DNA of 63,689 nucleotides, counting the filler, from Octopus bimaculoides (lineage: Eukaryota): assembly GCF_001194135.2 (NCBI RefSeq). It is 4 parts of 4 records of this genome, joined end to end, with 100 filler letters (N's around TTAATTAATTAA, not from the genome) between each part and the next. Parts side by side here need not be neighbours in the genome. Positions count along the whole stretch, not along the records: positions 1 to 30,361 come from NC_068982.1; 3 more parts are not named here. One strand, 5' to 3'. The notes below the pieces were generated by a model. That model worked only from the letters and a program-made list of their open reading frames with translations. It searched no databases and was not told the origin of the DNA. This document shows positions 1-14,116 of this stretch, in pieces (the stretch's first letter is position 1; each line of letters begins with the position of its first letter). A program made the translations under genes and the position numbers.

Positions 1-862
1 ATATATATATGCATATCTATTTATCTATCTATATGTATATATATATATGTGTGGGTGGGGGGGGGTTGTATGCATTGTATATATAATGTATACGCAGCCA
101 TATTACAATCCATTTTATTTCAGCTGATTTTATCAATCGTTTTGTACATGGGAAATGAGATAAACCAATATGGACACACCCCAGAAGGGCTGGTAGGAAT
201 AGTTATAGTAGTAAAGTGATGTATAAATCTTTGACAGCTATGAAGAGAGAGCACTGCCTGGGTTAACAGCTATGGTGAACAAATTGTAAGAGGTCTATTG
301 CAATATACTCTATATCATGTGCGTGCGTGAAAATTATGTAAACAAATTTGAGAAAGAAAAACGGCTGTTACTCGTATATAAGGGAAGCAAGTAGGTATAT
401 GAAATACTTATGAAAAACACTTATTAAATTCATATTCCAGTCGATTTTACCCACCAGTTTCGTACATGAGATTTTTGGAAAATCGATCTCGGTATTAATT
501 TTCGATACATGATTTGTTTGCATGATTTCTGTGACGAGAATTCAGGACATTTCGCTACTTGCCTATCAGTAAAAGAAAGTCACTTGATTTTAATCGGGTT
601 CTTTACATTTCAACACTATTTCATGTTGCTAATGCTGTATGCATTGTGTCTTGTTCACGAATAGAGAGTAGAAGGTGTTATAAAACAGTGAATAAACTTG
701 TTTGATGCATTAGCAGTATAATAGACCAGTAAATACATATATGTTAACCTTAAACTGAGATATCAGAAACCATAGCACTGCTAGAGATATAATCAGTTGT
801 CTATATATCACAACTTATTGATTTTATCATAATTATATTATATATATGCATGTATAGGTGTA

Positions 863-961
<99 letters not shown>

Positions 962-1202
962 TTGCGTGTGTGTATGTCTATGTATGTGTCTATGTATGTG
1001 GAATGCCTGAACCAATAGTGCAAGACATCCAGTCTGGCTGTTTTACTTGCCAAATGCCTAGGATTCAAATTTTGTATTCTTCTTGAACTGATGAAAATCA
1101 AAGTTAATCTCGACGAGATTTGAAATTTAAAATCAAAAGCAGTTCACACATAGTGACTTTGAATATGACTCTCCAAGTACTCTAACAATTTGCATTCATA
1201 TA

Positions 1203-2400
1203 TACAGAAATTGTCGTATAAACTACGCAAAAATTAAAATAACCCTCACATCTCGTTTTAACATATATTTATCAAAAGTACGTAAAAATATCTTGAAATA
1301 CCAAAGAGTAAATGTATTCAATAGAATCGCCATTGGATTCAACCACGGCCTCCAGACGACTTCGAAATCTCCTGCAACTCTTCTGGACGGTCCCCTTGTT
1401 TAAGTTGATGAATGCTGCCATAATCCTTGCCTTCGGTTCATCTTTGGTGTTACAAAGAGTTGGTCTCTCGCTCAACTGCACCCCACACATAATAATCAAG
1501 TGGGTTTGCAGTCTGGGGAGTTAGGTGGACAGATGTTAGGGGCGATGTGGTCGCAGAAATTGTTTAGCAGTCTCCCGCTTGTGTGACATGATGCAGAGTC
1601 CTGTTGTCAGTCATACGGTTTCCCAGCAGCCACGCTCTGATCCAACATTACCTTCTCCAGGTATTTGATGAAGGTCACCCTGTGGAGTATGAGGCCTTAG
1701 GGGAAGATGAATGAAAGCATAACGTCGTCATCCCTAGTGATCACTCCAAACACCATGATGTTGACTGGATGTTTGATTTTTATCACTCTCGGTACATGTT
1801 TTGGGGGCACAGCAAGACAACGTTTGTTTTTAGTGTTCACTATCTGAGTTTGTTCAAAAGCTTCGTAGCGCGGTCTTTCCTCATGCCTTTGATGGCTTGG
1901 GATACAAATTGACCCTTTCTCATCTTGTATGAGAAATACCAAATGTCTTCATGAACTACCTACCTGATAAGAAACTGATGCTCCCATTTCCTTGCTGATG
2001 GACCTGATTGACTTGGAGGGATCGTTGTCAACCATGGCTTGGATCTCACCAACAAATTCAAGAGTTCTTTTCTTGTCAAGATGATCAAAGTGAGTTTCCT
2101 GAGCTACCGTACCTTCGTAATCGTCATTAGACTCATTCGACTCTTTCAGAATTCTCTTCACTCTCCTCAGATTGACACCCAAACACTCTGAAATGTTCGT
2201 ATTGGAACTTCCGGCGCGAATGCCAAGCAGTACAGCATGTCATTTCCAAATCCCTGGCAGAGTGAATTGCGCCATGGCGCTGTTTTTCTCACAGACGTTG
2301 CTCAACAGACCCTCCTATACTGTCGACAAAATTAAAAAAACAACAATCCACATGCACAAAATTAAAGAATATAAATGGCGACAATATACCCATAGCATCC
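1203..2400 (-). mobile_element. Decayed near full-length Tc1/mariner DNA transposon (pseudogenised DDD/E transposase)
   Basis: Minus-strand fragments read KHPVNIMVFGVITRDDDVMLSFIFP (1697-1942), PPNSPDC followed by a frameshift (~1535-1505; decayed SPDLNP motif) and the C-terminus KSCRRFRSRLEAVVESNGDSIE (1272-1499). These are typical Tc1/mariner transposase segments. TIR-like ends: ggcgacaatatacccatagcatcc (~2377-2400) and a degraded cagaaattgtcg (~1205-1216). Multiple stops and frameshifts. Confidence 0.85.
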
Positions 2401-2469
2401 TAGCTTCCTTACCAACCACAGGCTTCCCGGTACAGTCCCACTGCGTGTCACTTTGGGCAAGTGTCTTCT
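2401..2469 (+). mobile_element. tRNA-derived SINE family A, 5' part, truncated by a gap
   Basis: tagcttccttaccaaccac...cccactgcgtgtcactttgggcaagtgtcttct matches the copies at 34927, 59212 and 62115. Confidence 0.85.
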
Positions 2470-4110
2470 NNNNNNNNNNNNNNNNNNNNNNNNNNNNNNN
2501 NNNNNNNNNNNNNNNNNNNNNNNNNNNNNNNNNNNNNNNNNNNNNNNNNNNNNNNNNNNNNNNNNNNNNNNNNNNNNNNNNNNNNNNNNNNNNNNNNNNN
2601 NNNNNNNNNNNNNNNNNNNNNNNNNNNNNNNNNNNNNNNNNNNNNNNNNNNNNNNNNNNNNNNNNNNNNNNNNNNNNNNNNNNNNNNNNNNNNNNNNNNN
2701 NNNNNNNNNNNNNNNNNNNNNNNNNNNNNNNNNNNNNNNNNNNNNNNNNNNNNNNNNNNNNNNNNNNNNNNNNNNNNNNNNNNNNNNNNNNNNNNNNNNN
2801 NNNNNNNNNNNNNNNNNNNNNNNNNNNNNNNNNNNNNNNNNNNNNNNNNNNNNNNNNNNNNNNNNNNNNNNNNNNNNNNNNNNNNNNNNNNNNNNNNNNN
2901 NNNNNNNNNNNNNNNNNNNNNNNNNNNNNNNNNNNNNNNNNNNNNNNNNNNNNNNNNNNNNNNNNNNNNNNNNNNNNNNNNNNNNNNNNNNNNNNNNNNN
3001 NNNNNNNNNNNNNNNNNNNNNNNNNNNNNNNNNNNNNNNNNNNNNNNNNNNNNNNNNNNNNNNNNNNNNNNNNNNNNNNNNNNNNNNNNNNNNNNNNNNN
3101 NNNNNNNNNNNNNNNNNNNNNNNNNNNNNNNNNNNNNNNNNNNNNNNNNNNNNNNNNNNNNNNNNNNNNNNNNNNNNNNNNNNNNNNNNNNNNNNNNNNN
3201 NNNNNNNNNNNNNNNNNNNNNNNNNNNNNNNNNNNNNNNNNNNNNNNNNNNNNNNNNNNNNNNNNNNNNNNNNNNNNNNNNNNNNNNNNNNNNNNNNNNN
3301 NNNNNNNNNNNNNNNNNNNNNNNNNNNNNNNNNNNNNNNNNNNNNNNNNNNNNNNNNNNNNNNNATATGATATAAATATATTTATATATGTGCACCTATA
3401 CTACTTATTGTATTCAACTCATCTCTAAACGAGAAATGCTACCATTGAATAAATATCTACCAAAATAATTTTGCAACCACGAATATTTGCTTCATGGGAG
3501 ATCGATTAGACGACTATTTTTACTCGAGTACAATAGTGGAATTTATTTTATTGATCCCACATGCTTGAAAGTCAACTATACCGGGATATTAGCACGTAAA
3601 CTAAAACACGATAATTAAATATGGCGAGAAATTTTGCCCGACTCTTCATATTTTGTATCAATCCGCTTTACTGTAAAGATTCATGCTGAAGGTTATAATC
3701 AACTGCTCACCGCGAATTATGCATAAGACTGATCAGCTATTGACTGATTACTATTATCAGGAATTGGTTACATGTGTCCAGCTGAACTCTGTTTCCTTCG
3801 TCGAAGCGACGAGAGGATCCAGTGATAATATCAGTACTAGATAGCAAAGCAGTTTTTGTAAATATTACCTCTGTCTTATAGGATATTTTTATTATTCGAA
3901 ATCCAACTCAAATCCTAAACAATGTATTAACTTATTTTATCTAGACAACACATACCAACAAATTATATTTTACAAAGTTCAAAGAAATTTTCTTGATAAA
4001 CGAAGGATATCTACAAACGTCAAAAAGCTTCTGACGATTTGAAAGCACAAGGAAAAGACAATAAACTATTATAAACAATTTCGTATTAATTTCTAAGAAA
4101 TCTTATTTAC

Positions 4111-4160
<50 letters not shown>

Positions 4161-5157
4161 ACACACATCCCCCCACCACACACACATCACCCCACCACAC
4201 ACACACATCACCCCCTCCACACACACTCACCACACATCACCACACACTTATACGTAGATATATAGATATATAAATTTGGTAGATAGATAGATTCATACAT
4301 ATAGATATACATTAATGCATTCATTTTATAATATCTAAAATATCCAATGAACAAAAATAGCCAAGTATTTGTTATGTAGATGGATGTTTTATAGTTGACT
4401 TTGCATCGCGCTCTCGGATTGCAGAAAGTTTTCAAAGTGGATCAGCAAAAATGAGGTGTAAGTTAATATACGGCTAATTTGTACATTCTATAAGAATCTA
4501 TTTTTAAAATCCTCTTATGAGATGCTAATTAGACGCCATACATTATTTACATTTTGTATCAAAATTCCTTCTAAATATTACGTAAATTATTCGGTCTAGC
4601 ACTCGTGGTTCATTACAATAATATCGTCTCACCTCTTCCTCTCTTCCTCGAAGTTAAAGGAAAGATCCTTGTATGTATATATATATATATATCTTATATT
4701 CTTCGTTATTAAATGTAAAATAAAACGTATGGGAGTGTGTGTGCCAATATATTAGCGTTAGTGCTTAATATATTCGCGTGCATGCGCGAATGTCTTTAGG
4801 ATGTGAGTATGGGTATGAATGCTTAAGGATATTCGGTGAATGTATGCACACAGACTCATACAACCAATAAGAAACACACATCTACTAACCCCGTCAGATA
4901 TAATACACCTACATATTCACCCACGTGATTAGTCACGAAGTTCATACGAATTCGAATCCATAGGTACGCATACCCTACCAAGCATGCATATACGCATCAA
5001 TGAGCTGATAACATCAGCACTCCCTCATATGCCAATCATCACCCACATGTCAGATTACGCACGTGCGTACACGCGCCCACACTCGAATAGTTGACGCACA
5101 GGCATGGACGTCAGACACCCGCATTCACGAACTCATTCATCTGCTACATACTTACAC

Positions 5158-5272
<115 letters not shown>

Positions 5273-5657
5273 CACACGCACATTCGCCGGTCATGTTTCT
5301 GTCGGTCTCCAAGTCTCTTCAAATACCGGCCAGACAGAAGGCGCCACCCGCTTCTTGTCCACCCACGTAGTCAAGTTTTCCTTTCTTATGTATATTGTTT
5401 TGCTTGAATGCCAATCTCACTTGGAAGTACACCACGTCTCCCAACTTAACCACTAGCTGTCCAGTTTCTTGTAATTATCTTGGACTTCGCGTACCTCTTC
5501 AATGGGTAGGCTGAGCCTAGATAGCTAGGTTTCTGTAAGAAGTCTGCGAAATTTAAATCGGATGGAGCCGAACGCAATTGTTTTAAACATATGTGACTCC
5601 TGCTAAACGTGTTTCGTGTCTTTTGCTTTCGTTTGTCCCCTCTCTCTCTCTCTCTCA

Positions 5658-5720
<63 letters not shown>

Positions 5721-7692
5721 ACACACACACACAAACAGGAACGTAGCAGCATCACGATCTTTGGATATACTTCATAGTGAATTACATATATGCGCGCGCC
5801 CGTGTATGTGCGTGTTTTTGTCCATGTAAGTTTATGTGTGTCTATGTGTGCGTACTAGTGTATGCACATGCGCTTAAGTATGAGTGTGTTAAATCTCAAT
5901 ATTAATGCTTAAAATTTTGATGGACTACATCCTTAAATCAATCGTACTCATACCAATATAATCAATACAGCTTTAGTTAGTTTTACACATGACAGCTTTT
6001 GCATATGTATCAATTTTTTCCCCGGCAGTTTCTGTTCATATGGAATATATCTTGGGAGTGGTAGATGCATGTTCTTGTTGTATTAGTTGTACATAGGTAT
6101 TTCAAAAATTTTCATAATTATTAAAATTTTACTTGAGTGACCTGAGTAAATTTATCTTAAACTACTTTCGATTAAAACTTTTTCCAAATGTATGTGGGGT
6201 ATGAAACTGGATTCTTACAATGTGAAGAAAGGTTTTGCTTAATGAAGTATTCACAAGCATAGAATATGGACGGGAATAGATTTGTATGATTTTTTTCTGT
6301 TGCTTGTTTTCTAAAGGCTCTTTTGCTTCCCGAACATGGATACAGAAATCACACTGTACTCCAAGATCTTTTGAAATGAGCTTAGTTTATACGCACAAAG
6401 TTCGACAATACCACATTTTGGAAAAAAATTAATAATGAACATTTTGAATTTCTAGGACAGAATCCTTTAAACACGGCAATGCATTTGCCATTCACAAGAA
6501 GCATAGTCACTCAGCAGAAGGTGCTTTAGGACTTCAGTTATTGTCTCAGTTTCTGTGACGTTTAGCAGATGCCAAAAAGGTATTGGTTACGCAGGTATGA
6601 TTGTAAACGTAATTGATTAATTAATGACTTTATCAACATTTTACATTTAAAGTATTCCGAACAATACAAGACAAAACCCTACCAATACATATCTGTCTTG
6701 ACAAGCAGCAATAAACTTAATGTCATTAAATGACAGTCTTCCATAAATTCATAAATTGAATCTATTTGCATCAAAATACTTTCTGTCACATTTGATACTT
6801 TAAAGGACTATCGATCTTCGATCTTAAACCAAAATATTATAGACTAATCTTTTTATACGCTTACATACATGGGCATCATTTTTAAAAACCTTTACGGCAA
6901 GACACTAGAAAGTAACATGAAAACTCAATAAAGCAATTTCTTTTCATTTTCTTTTTCTTTTTCGTCGTCAGCTTTATTTTGCGCCTAATTTCTAATAAGC
7001 TCACAATTCCCTCTTTTCATTAAGACAGCCTCGTAGCAACAGCTCATAATCATAATTGATATATCAATGAGTACAAGCATGCATTTGAACAGGCATACAG
7101 ACATTTTCATAAAGGTAAAGGCGAATCTAGTAGCTGTAATGTGACATCGTAGGATATAAGTATTAATGCGTTTTGAGCATCCATATATGATTAATTGAAT
7201 AGAGTTTTCCAGAGAACAAAATGAGTCATAGCACTATCGTCCTCGTTCCCAGTAACGTCAGATATGTTCGGCAAATTCTGTTAATACCGTTCGTCTTTAA
7301 TCTTTCAAATTATTTTCTTGTTTTGCAAATTCCAGAGCAATTTGCTACTTCATGATTATATGCGTAATTTTTAAATTTGATGTAGGTTAGAGTTACATAA
7401 TGGGAAGTATAGTAATTCAGAAATTAAAATAAATCAGAAATTGAGAAAATGAAAATGGGGCATATTGGAAGCAAAGGAAATCGGGATAATTGATTCTTGC
7501 AATGATATAAAAAAGTATTCTAATATATTATGTACTTTTTTTATACAGTTCAATAGTCTATGTATAAGGCAGTAAATTACGTTTGTAATGTTGTTCCTAC
7601 ATTTATATCTTACCTGTAGAGCGTTCTTTATTATTTCAAATACATTACTTTAGGCGAAGAGTCACCTACATTTATCACATCTATATACATTA

Positions 7693-7776
<84 letters not shown>

Positions 7777-8183
7777 AGCGCGCGTGGACGTGTGTGTCAT
7801 TGTAAAATATGAGGAGATTATTTTTTCTGTGTCTGCAAATATGAAAACACTTTGGAATCAAGCAAAACTATTCTTATTAATACAATAATGTATACAAACT
7901 GGAAGCTAATTATAATGCTGGAAAACGTTTGGAAAGACATAAGCCATAAAATTAGTTTTAAAATATGACAAAAGACAAAATCAAGCTCAATATCTATTTG
8001 ATAATGAAGTTCTAAATTTTTTTCTATATACAATTGTTACAGCTTCTGGGATACTTATGGCTTCCAGGCGATCGCATTGATCATAGTACTAACTTCAATT
8101 CGAGACTTATTTTATCTACCGCTAATTCACGAATGCACAATTAACTATATTTTTACACACACACACACGCACACGCACGCACG

Positions 8184-8228
<45 letters not shown>

Positions 8229-8709
8229 ACAGTTATACACACACACATATGTGTGTGTGTTTACAGAGAAGACAATAAATACCGACAGCACGAAAGATGA
8301 GAAAAATAACGAACAATAAAAGAGTTGTTTTAAGTTCCGTCTCGCTTACCAGGTGTGAAATGCAAACGTGCTAACATTTCAAGCGTAACCCTTTATTACA
8401 AATTAAAGATATAGATGAGACATTTGGAAAAGAAAGAGCAATACAGAAAGAATAATAGAAAAAATATAATATATGGAAAAGAAGTGGAAATGCGGGTGGG
8501 AATCTGAAAGCTATGCCATATTCAAATGAGCAGAGACTGGAAGAAAGATGGGACTCAAAAATGGGATAGCCAGTTCAGAACATAAAAGGCAGATATAAAG
8601 TGGATAGGTTTTGATGTGTGTGTGTATTTGTAGATGTGTTCAGCGTTGATTGTATGGTGGTGCATATTGGTTTTGAGTTTCGAATATGTCTACTGTGCTG
8701 TAAGAGTAC

Positions 8710-8769
<60 letters not shown>

Positions 8770-9854
8770 TATACATTGCGTGCTTAAGTAGCTGTTTTGT
8801 AGTTATGCAAGAACTCTGATTCTCTTGTGTATGCTTTTACCCCTTGCTATGTACGTGTGTTGCATGCATGTGTCTGTTTGTTGTATATTTTTTGTCTTAT
8901 GCATAGACATATACACGTACATAGATATGGCTACATGCCTACAGACATGCATACATATGTGTGTGTGTATGTGTATGTATGTGTGTATGTATGTGTCTTT
9001 GTATATGTAATGTGTGCGTGTAAGTGCCGAACGTACGACAAAATATGCCATCTTGCAAATTATTCTACTCACATATGCTATTGAACAACGCAGGGCTAGA
9101 GTAGAATATATTTTCCCATGGTATCATACAATTCTATTACATGAGGAGCATTAAGGTTGGTTGCACAAAATCCACTTAACCAGATGATTATGCCTGTCCG
9201 TATACTCAAAGAGAAAAAAGAGATTTTCAGGCTGAAATATTCTTGCATTTTGTGTCTGGTAGATCAAGGGTGACCGAAACAGGCTACACAAAGACATTAA
9301 CTTTACGCACAATAATTATATCGATCTACAGGATCAAACCACCTATTCGACGTAAGATATTCAAATCCGGTAACAAAATTCTTCCATTCTATATTGTACA
9401 TTGTACTTAATACTATAAAACCTTTCACAACAAACAAGTGCAACAGTAAAATGTTCATGTATACACGATCTTAAACAAACAGTAAGCCGCGTAATCTAAC
9501 ATCACACCGAAGAGCAAGCAACAATAAAGATTTAGTTTATTGGTGCAATCTCGAGATGAACAGGATGTAGACAACTACATCAATATATAACTTTATGACT
9601 GATATATAATTTTTAGAAACCTGGAATGCTGGAATGTGAATTTCAGTCCATTAGTATTACTACTGTAAATATACAATGATGGTACAACACGAAACAGATT
9701 ATTCTATCAGACATTTCAATAATTCTCTCGACATACAAACATTTCAAATGCATCATCCTCGTAGGAATACAAGTTAGTTTTGTTTGACGAAATTTGAGCT
9801 TGGAACGTAAAGGTTAAGACAAATATTGCAACGAATTATATTCCGACAAATCTG

Positions 9855-9855
<1 letters not shown>

Positions 9856-9920
<65 letters not shown>

Positions 9921-9921
9921 A

Positions 9922-9985
<64 letters not shown>

Positions 9986-10007
9986 ATAATAATAATAATA
10001 ATAATAA
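9856..10007. repeat. (ACT)n followed by (AAT)n microsatellite
   Basis: Direct reading. Confidence 0.95.
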
Positions 10008-10637
10008 CAATGANNNNNNNNNNNNNNNNNNNNNNNNNNNNNNNNNNNNNNNNNNNNNNNNNNNNNNNNNNNNNNNNNNNNNNNNNNNNNNNNNNNNNNN
10101 NNNNNNNNNNNNNNNNNNNNNNNNNNNNNNNNNNNNNNNNNNNNNNNNNNNNNNNNNNNNNNNNNNNNNNNNNNNNNNNNNNNNNNNNNNNNNNNNNNNN
10201 NNNNNNNNNNNNNNNNNNNNNNNNNNNNNNNNNNNNNNNNNNNNNNNNNNNNNNNNNNNNNNNNNNNNNNNNNNNNNNNNNNNNNNNNNNNNNNNNNNNN
10301 NNNNNNNNNNNNNNNNNNNNNNNNNNNNNNNNNNNNNNNNNNNNNNNNNNNNNNNNNNNNNNNNNNNNNNNNNNNNNNNNNNNNNGAATAAAAACCATCA
10401 AAGATAATAATTATTTTAAATTATAATTTAGGGTATCTAAGAGACACCACCACACTGAAAATAGCAGTCAAAGTTTGACTCTAAAACCACAACAAATGTT
10501 CATATAACACCAGAAGAGAAGTTGAAGAGACAAAATAAACCACCAAAAATTACTGAATAATTCCAGATCCCGGATTTCTGGCCCTGCATAAGAAATGCTT
10601 TGCCTCATCAGCCGGATACACTCAGAAAAGCACATAA

Positions 10638-10689
<52 letters not shown>

Positions 10690-11159
10690 GTATATATATA
10701 TACATCAAGTTTCCTAAAGGGAAAACAAACGTGGAAATTAGAAACAAGCAAAATATTTCGAAATAAAACTGCCTGAGAATTTAACTGAAATATTGGGTTT
10801 AAAATTTTGGCACAAAGCCTGCCATTTTGTGGGAGAAATTAAATCCATTACATCGGCAGTATTGTTCAAAAGGTACCTCTTCTATCATGTTATATAATGT
10901 AAGCAAAAGTCGACCGCCACGGAATGTGAACACAGAATGTGAAGACGGGAGAAATTCTGCTGAGCGTTTTGCCTGACGTTCCCGTAACGATTGAAATGCT
11001 TTTATTTGTACGTCTGTTCAGAGATGACACGGAGCTAAACATCAACAATATAAAAAATACCCCAAATTTATAATATATGTACCAACTCAAAATAAATCAG
11101 GTAAAACTAGGAATTATAATTCCATTCCTAGATTTCCAACAATGTAAAAAACTTATTTC

Positions 11160-11310
11160 TATTTTGGCACAAGACCAGCAAATTTAAAGAGATGAAGATT
11201 TGCACTTGACAGGTGCTTTATTTTCTCGACCTTTAAAGATGAAAGGCAAAGCTTACCTTAGCTGGATTTGAACTCAGAATAGAAAGCGTTAGAAGGATAT
11301 AGATAATGTG
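11160..11310 (-). mobile_element. Degenerate SINE family B fragment
   Basis: gatgaaaggcaaagcttaccttagctggatttgaactcagaa is the reverse complement of the family B body seen at 22669 and 24440. Confidence 0.6.
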
Positions 11311-11389
11311 AAAGGCAATTTAAACTTATCTATAATCAAATCCTTTGCTTTTAGTTGTGAAGATGGTGGAGGTAAACTAAAACCTATGT

Positions 11390-12830
11390 ATGCATGTACC
11401 AATTACTTGTTAACAGAATAGCTCTCAAACAGTGTACGAAGAGAAACTCAAATACATTGCTAATGTGTATATATCGTAGGAAATTGTTTTTACATTGTAT
11501 CCCATGACAGAATTATCAAACCTTTAGGCATCTACTAAGAAATTGCCAAGAATGGTAGGATTCATCAAATACAAGAGAGAAATATTGAAGAAAGTATTAG
11601 GAGAAAATAGAACAAAATGTAAGCGATATACAATAGAATCATATTCCAGACGGACGTATTAAATCATGAAAAAATAAAATCAACTACAGCGTAGATATTA
11701 ATATGATATTTAGGATAAGAAAATGTACCAAAGCCACAGGTTAAACTATAAAAAGAGGCAAATAACTTTGATTAAGAAATGTTTGAAACAAGAAACAAGA
11801 AAAAAGGAACAAGCAGATATATGTAATTGTTAGAAGTAAAATTTAGCATAAACAATGAAACACACAAAAGTGTTGTTATTTAAATTTGTTCTAAGAATCG
11901 AACTAAACACAAATACAAATTTTAAACAATGTCAGTATTTATGGGTTAGTAAGAATGTAAAAATCTAAAACCTAGATTAGAATATTTTTGTCGATATACG
12001 GAACGTGTGCTTGAAGTCAGTTGAACATGGGTTTCGTATATAAAGAGATTTGGAAGGGAACATATTGGCACAAGTACAATTAATTGCAAAACAGCAGAAT
12101 TGGATTGCAAATATTGCCAGAGGTTAAATACAGGAATGCTTCTGTATATAGCAACTAACTGTTTAATAAGTATGCAAACAAATATGTAAAATAAAGTTTC
12201 ATTTACAAAGAAATGACGTAGTTCAGAACAGAGAAAAAGGTTGAAGCAGTTGTATCAAAGATCGTACATGAAAATGTATGGCGAACAAGAATTGCAACAG
12301 CGTAACATAAATAAAATACAACGAAGACTTATTACGGACAATTCAAAATTGGGCGGGAAGATACTTTATAAGAAAGCAAATATTCAACGTGGATTTCTAA
12401 ATCTGCTGTAATTTGTATACAACAATGAACCAAGAACATGAGCTTGCAAAAAAGAAACATGATTTTGAGCCGTGATAAAAGTGAAAGATGTACCACAAAA
12501 TGAATATACAAAGATCATAGAAAGAAAGCATCACACCAACATCTAAAACTTATAAGGAATAGCATAAAAAGATCTGCAAAATGGGTGATAAATAAACTAC
12601 TTGATGGAAAACAGCCAACAGAGATTAATACTTTTCATTGTGATATTGCCAGCATCCAACTGTTGTTGGCTTGCAGATAATTCAAAATAGAATTTGAAGT
12701 GTTGATAGCAGTATTTCATAATCAATACTTCTACACCTGGCGTTATCACAAAGCCATCATAACGAAGATCTGTCACACATGTGAATATATAGTGACTTTC
12801 ATGCAACATTCGGTTTGCACAAGATAAAAA
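11390..12830 (+). mobile_element. Heavily decayed R4/Dong-type (RLE-class) non-LTR retrotransposon ORF: RT domain plus CCHC knuckle
   Basis: Frame-hopping plus-strand translation gives YQLLVNRIALKQCTKRNSNTLLMCIYRRK (cf. DQLLI..K..NL.MAWIDYRKA), VSHDRIIKPLGIY (cf. VPHSWIIKTLEIY), IFQTDVL (cf. GIFQGDSLSP) and FKIEFEVLIAVFHNQYFYTWRYHKAIITKICHTCEYIVTFMQHSVC (cf. ETEGF..AIQDQVI.TRNY.K.I....CR.C...ETI.HI.SGC). The consensus motifs are recalled from memory. Confidence 0.7.
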
Positions 12831-13530
12831 AAAAAGAAAATAACATACATAGAAAGTGGAGAGTATACTAGCAAGTATGATAGCATCTATAAAATGGAAT
12901 AATCAAATGTACTGTAGTCCTTGCATAGAAAAAAAAAGGATATGTAAAGAAAATATCAGTTCTCAACTATAACATGACTACCATACATTTCACTGTGCCT
13001 GTCAAAATACAGATTCAAGATATGAAAAAAGAAAAAAATCTTTCGTATTCCGAGATATGTCTCGATCTGTATCGATACAAAAAATGTAAACGAAAATTTA
13101 TCAAATAGAAAAATCATCGAAATAGACAAAATCAAGACGATTATCAATCAAATTCAATCCAGTGGCTATTTGTGATAAGTTATTGACTTCGGGATAATAT
13201 TTCAATTAGGGGATACTTGTTTTCCATGTCGTCGCTGAAAAGATATCCAAGCAATTATCTCACAATTATTGTTGATATCTGAGTCTCTACGTAATGACAA
13301 GTATGACCTAATGCACATGCACAGAGATATCACACTATAGGAAACCGAATATACACGCACGCACCCACACACATACACACAAAAACACAGACACACATCT
13401 CTAAAAGTATGTGTGTATTTGTATGTAAATATATATGGTGATGATATATATAGCAACAAATAAATATACATATACATACATATATATATATAACTCTGTG
13501 TATCTATCTATCGATCTATTACTCTCTCTT

Positions 13531-13626
<96 letters not shown>

Positions 13627-14116
13627 ACCAACTTAAAAACGAAATTCTGTCGGTCTGGGATCCCTGAATCTCAATGTACATTTGCTCTACATAGACATAT
13701 TTTGGAATCATGATGATTCCAGGAATGAAAATCTGCCGTTCATTTGGTTCTTGAACATCCAGCCTTGTGATCTAACTGAAAATAATTTAGGTTGCTATTT
13801 CTAGCTGATAAAGTTTAGCATCATGGTGACGTAATATCGTATAATCCGTCTTTCAATTACGTAATATGTACTAAATAATGCAGTAAATTATTTAGTATAT
13901 TAAAGAACTTCCTTCCGCCACATAAATATGACTGTTTGTTCTGTGAAAATGTTAGGATTTCCTATTCAACTCTTCCCAATCTAGATTTAGCTGGCCTAAA
14001 CAATACAAAAATACATAACCATGACTCGGACCATTGGTAATAATATCCGTAATAGCACTGCACCAACTAATAATACCAACAATAATAATAATTGTGATAG
14101 CACCACCAACTTAATT

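Noticed and set aside
1088-1132. CTGATGA-AAATC...GATTT-GAAA-TTTAAAATC, an apparent hammerhead core
   Set aside because: No stem I can form, and the segment aligns to the reverse complement of SINE family B (ggatgaaaggcaaagtcgacctcggcggaatttgaactcagaa), so the core is a chance decay product.
12597-12809. Minus-strand ORF with AG/GT ends (DLRYDGFVITPGVEVL...) as a host exon
   Set aside because: The plus strand encodes the R4/Dong zinc-knuckle region; the minus frame is its antisense shadow.
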